This document shows, in pieces, positions 63,637 to 64,000 of a stretch of DNA of 64,000 nt (the stretch's first letter is position 1; each line of letters opens with the position of its first letter). The stretch spans positions 14,632,001 to 14,696,000 of the forward strand of contig OZ336887.1 of the NCBI GenBank assembly GCA_965287045.1. Reading direction: 5' to 3'. A model generated the notes under the pieces. The model worked only from the letters and a program-made list of their open reading frames with translations. It did not search any database and was not told where the DNA came from. Source of the stretch: Carcharhinus amblyrhynchos (lineage: Eukaryota). Both the position numbers and the translations under genes were made by a program.

Positions 63637-64000
63637 CAATATTGTGTGCACTTCTGGTCACCTCACTATAAGAAGGATGTGGAAGCATTGGAGAGAGTGC
63701 AGAGGAGATTTACCAGGATGCTGCCTGGTTTGGAGAGTAGGTTTTTATGAGGAAAGATTGAGGGAGCTGGGGCTTTTCTCTTTAGAGCGGAGGAGGATGA
63801 GAGGCGACTTAATAGAAGTTTATAAGATGATGAGGGGGGTTGGTAGAACGGATGTGCAGAGACTATTTCCTTGGGTGAATGTAGCCTTTACTAGGGGGCG
63901 TAACTTTAAGGTTCATGGTGGGAGATATAGGACGGATGTCTGAGGTAGATTCTTTACTCAGAGTGGTTGGGGCATGGAATGGACTGCCTGCTGTGATAGT
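63637..64000 (+). mobile_element. CR1 LINE ORF2 3' fragment (runs off the window)
   Basis: YEERLRELGLFSLERRRMRGDLIEVYKMMRG; one frameshift upstream. Confidence 0.9.

Noticed and set aside
1-64000. The many 60-170 aa ORFs in the six-frame track as standalone genes
   Set aside because: This is intron-rich eukaryotic DNA. The ORFs either overlap CARD11 exons with intronic extensions, lie in SINE/LINE/MITE sequence, or have no recognisable motif.

Overview
Eukaryotic (vertebrate) genomic DNA. The repeat landscape (HE1-type tRNA-SINEs, Deu/SacSINE-like SINEs, CR1, RTE, Penelope, Harbinger) points to a cartilaginous fish, most likely a shark (inference). The window holds the 3' part of CARD11 (CARMA1) on the + strand: 14 GT-AG exons from 3371 to the TAG stop at 60219, about 638 codons in total. 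They cover the inhibitory linker, PDZ, SH3 and GUK domains, and all splice phases are consistent. The CARD and coiled-coil exons lie upstream of the window. The introns are mostly transposon debris, and nearly all ORFs in the supplied track are spurious or transposon remnants. The most unusual signals are: (1) a U1-snRNA-like 5' segment with three compensatory stem changes, followed by an exact U2 snRNA 5' fragment (9075-9330), a candidate snRNA-derived chimeric SINE; (2) short Penelope-derived fold-back elements with target-site duplications that carry minimal hammerhead-ribozyme cores on both strands; (3) a candidate in-frame 33-nt cassette exon in the CARD11 linker; (4) a very young CR1 insertion. 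Repeat boundaries are approximate, and family names and human exon comparisons come from recall, not from a database search.
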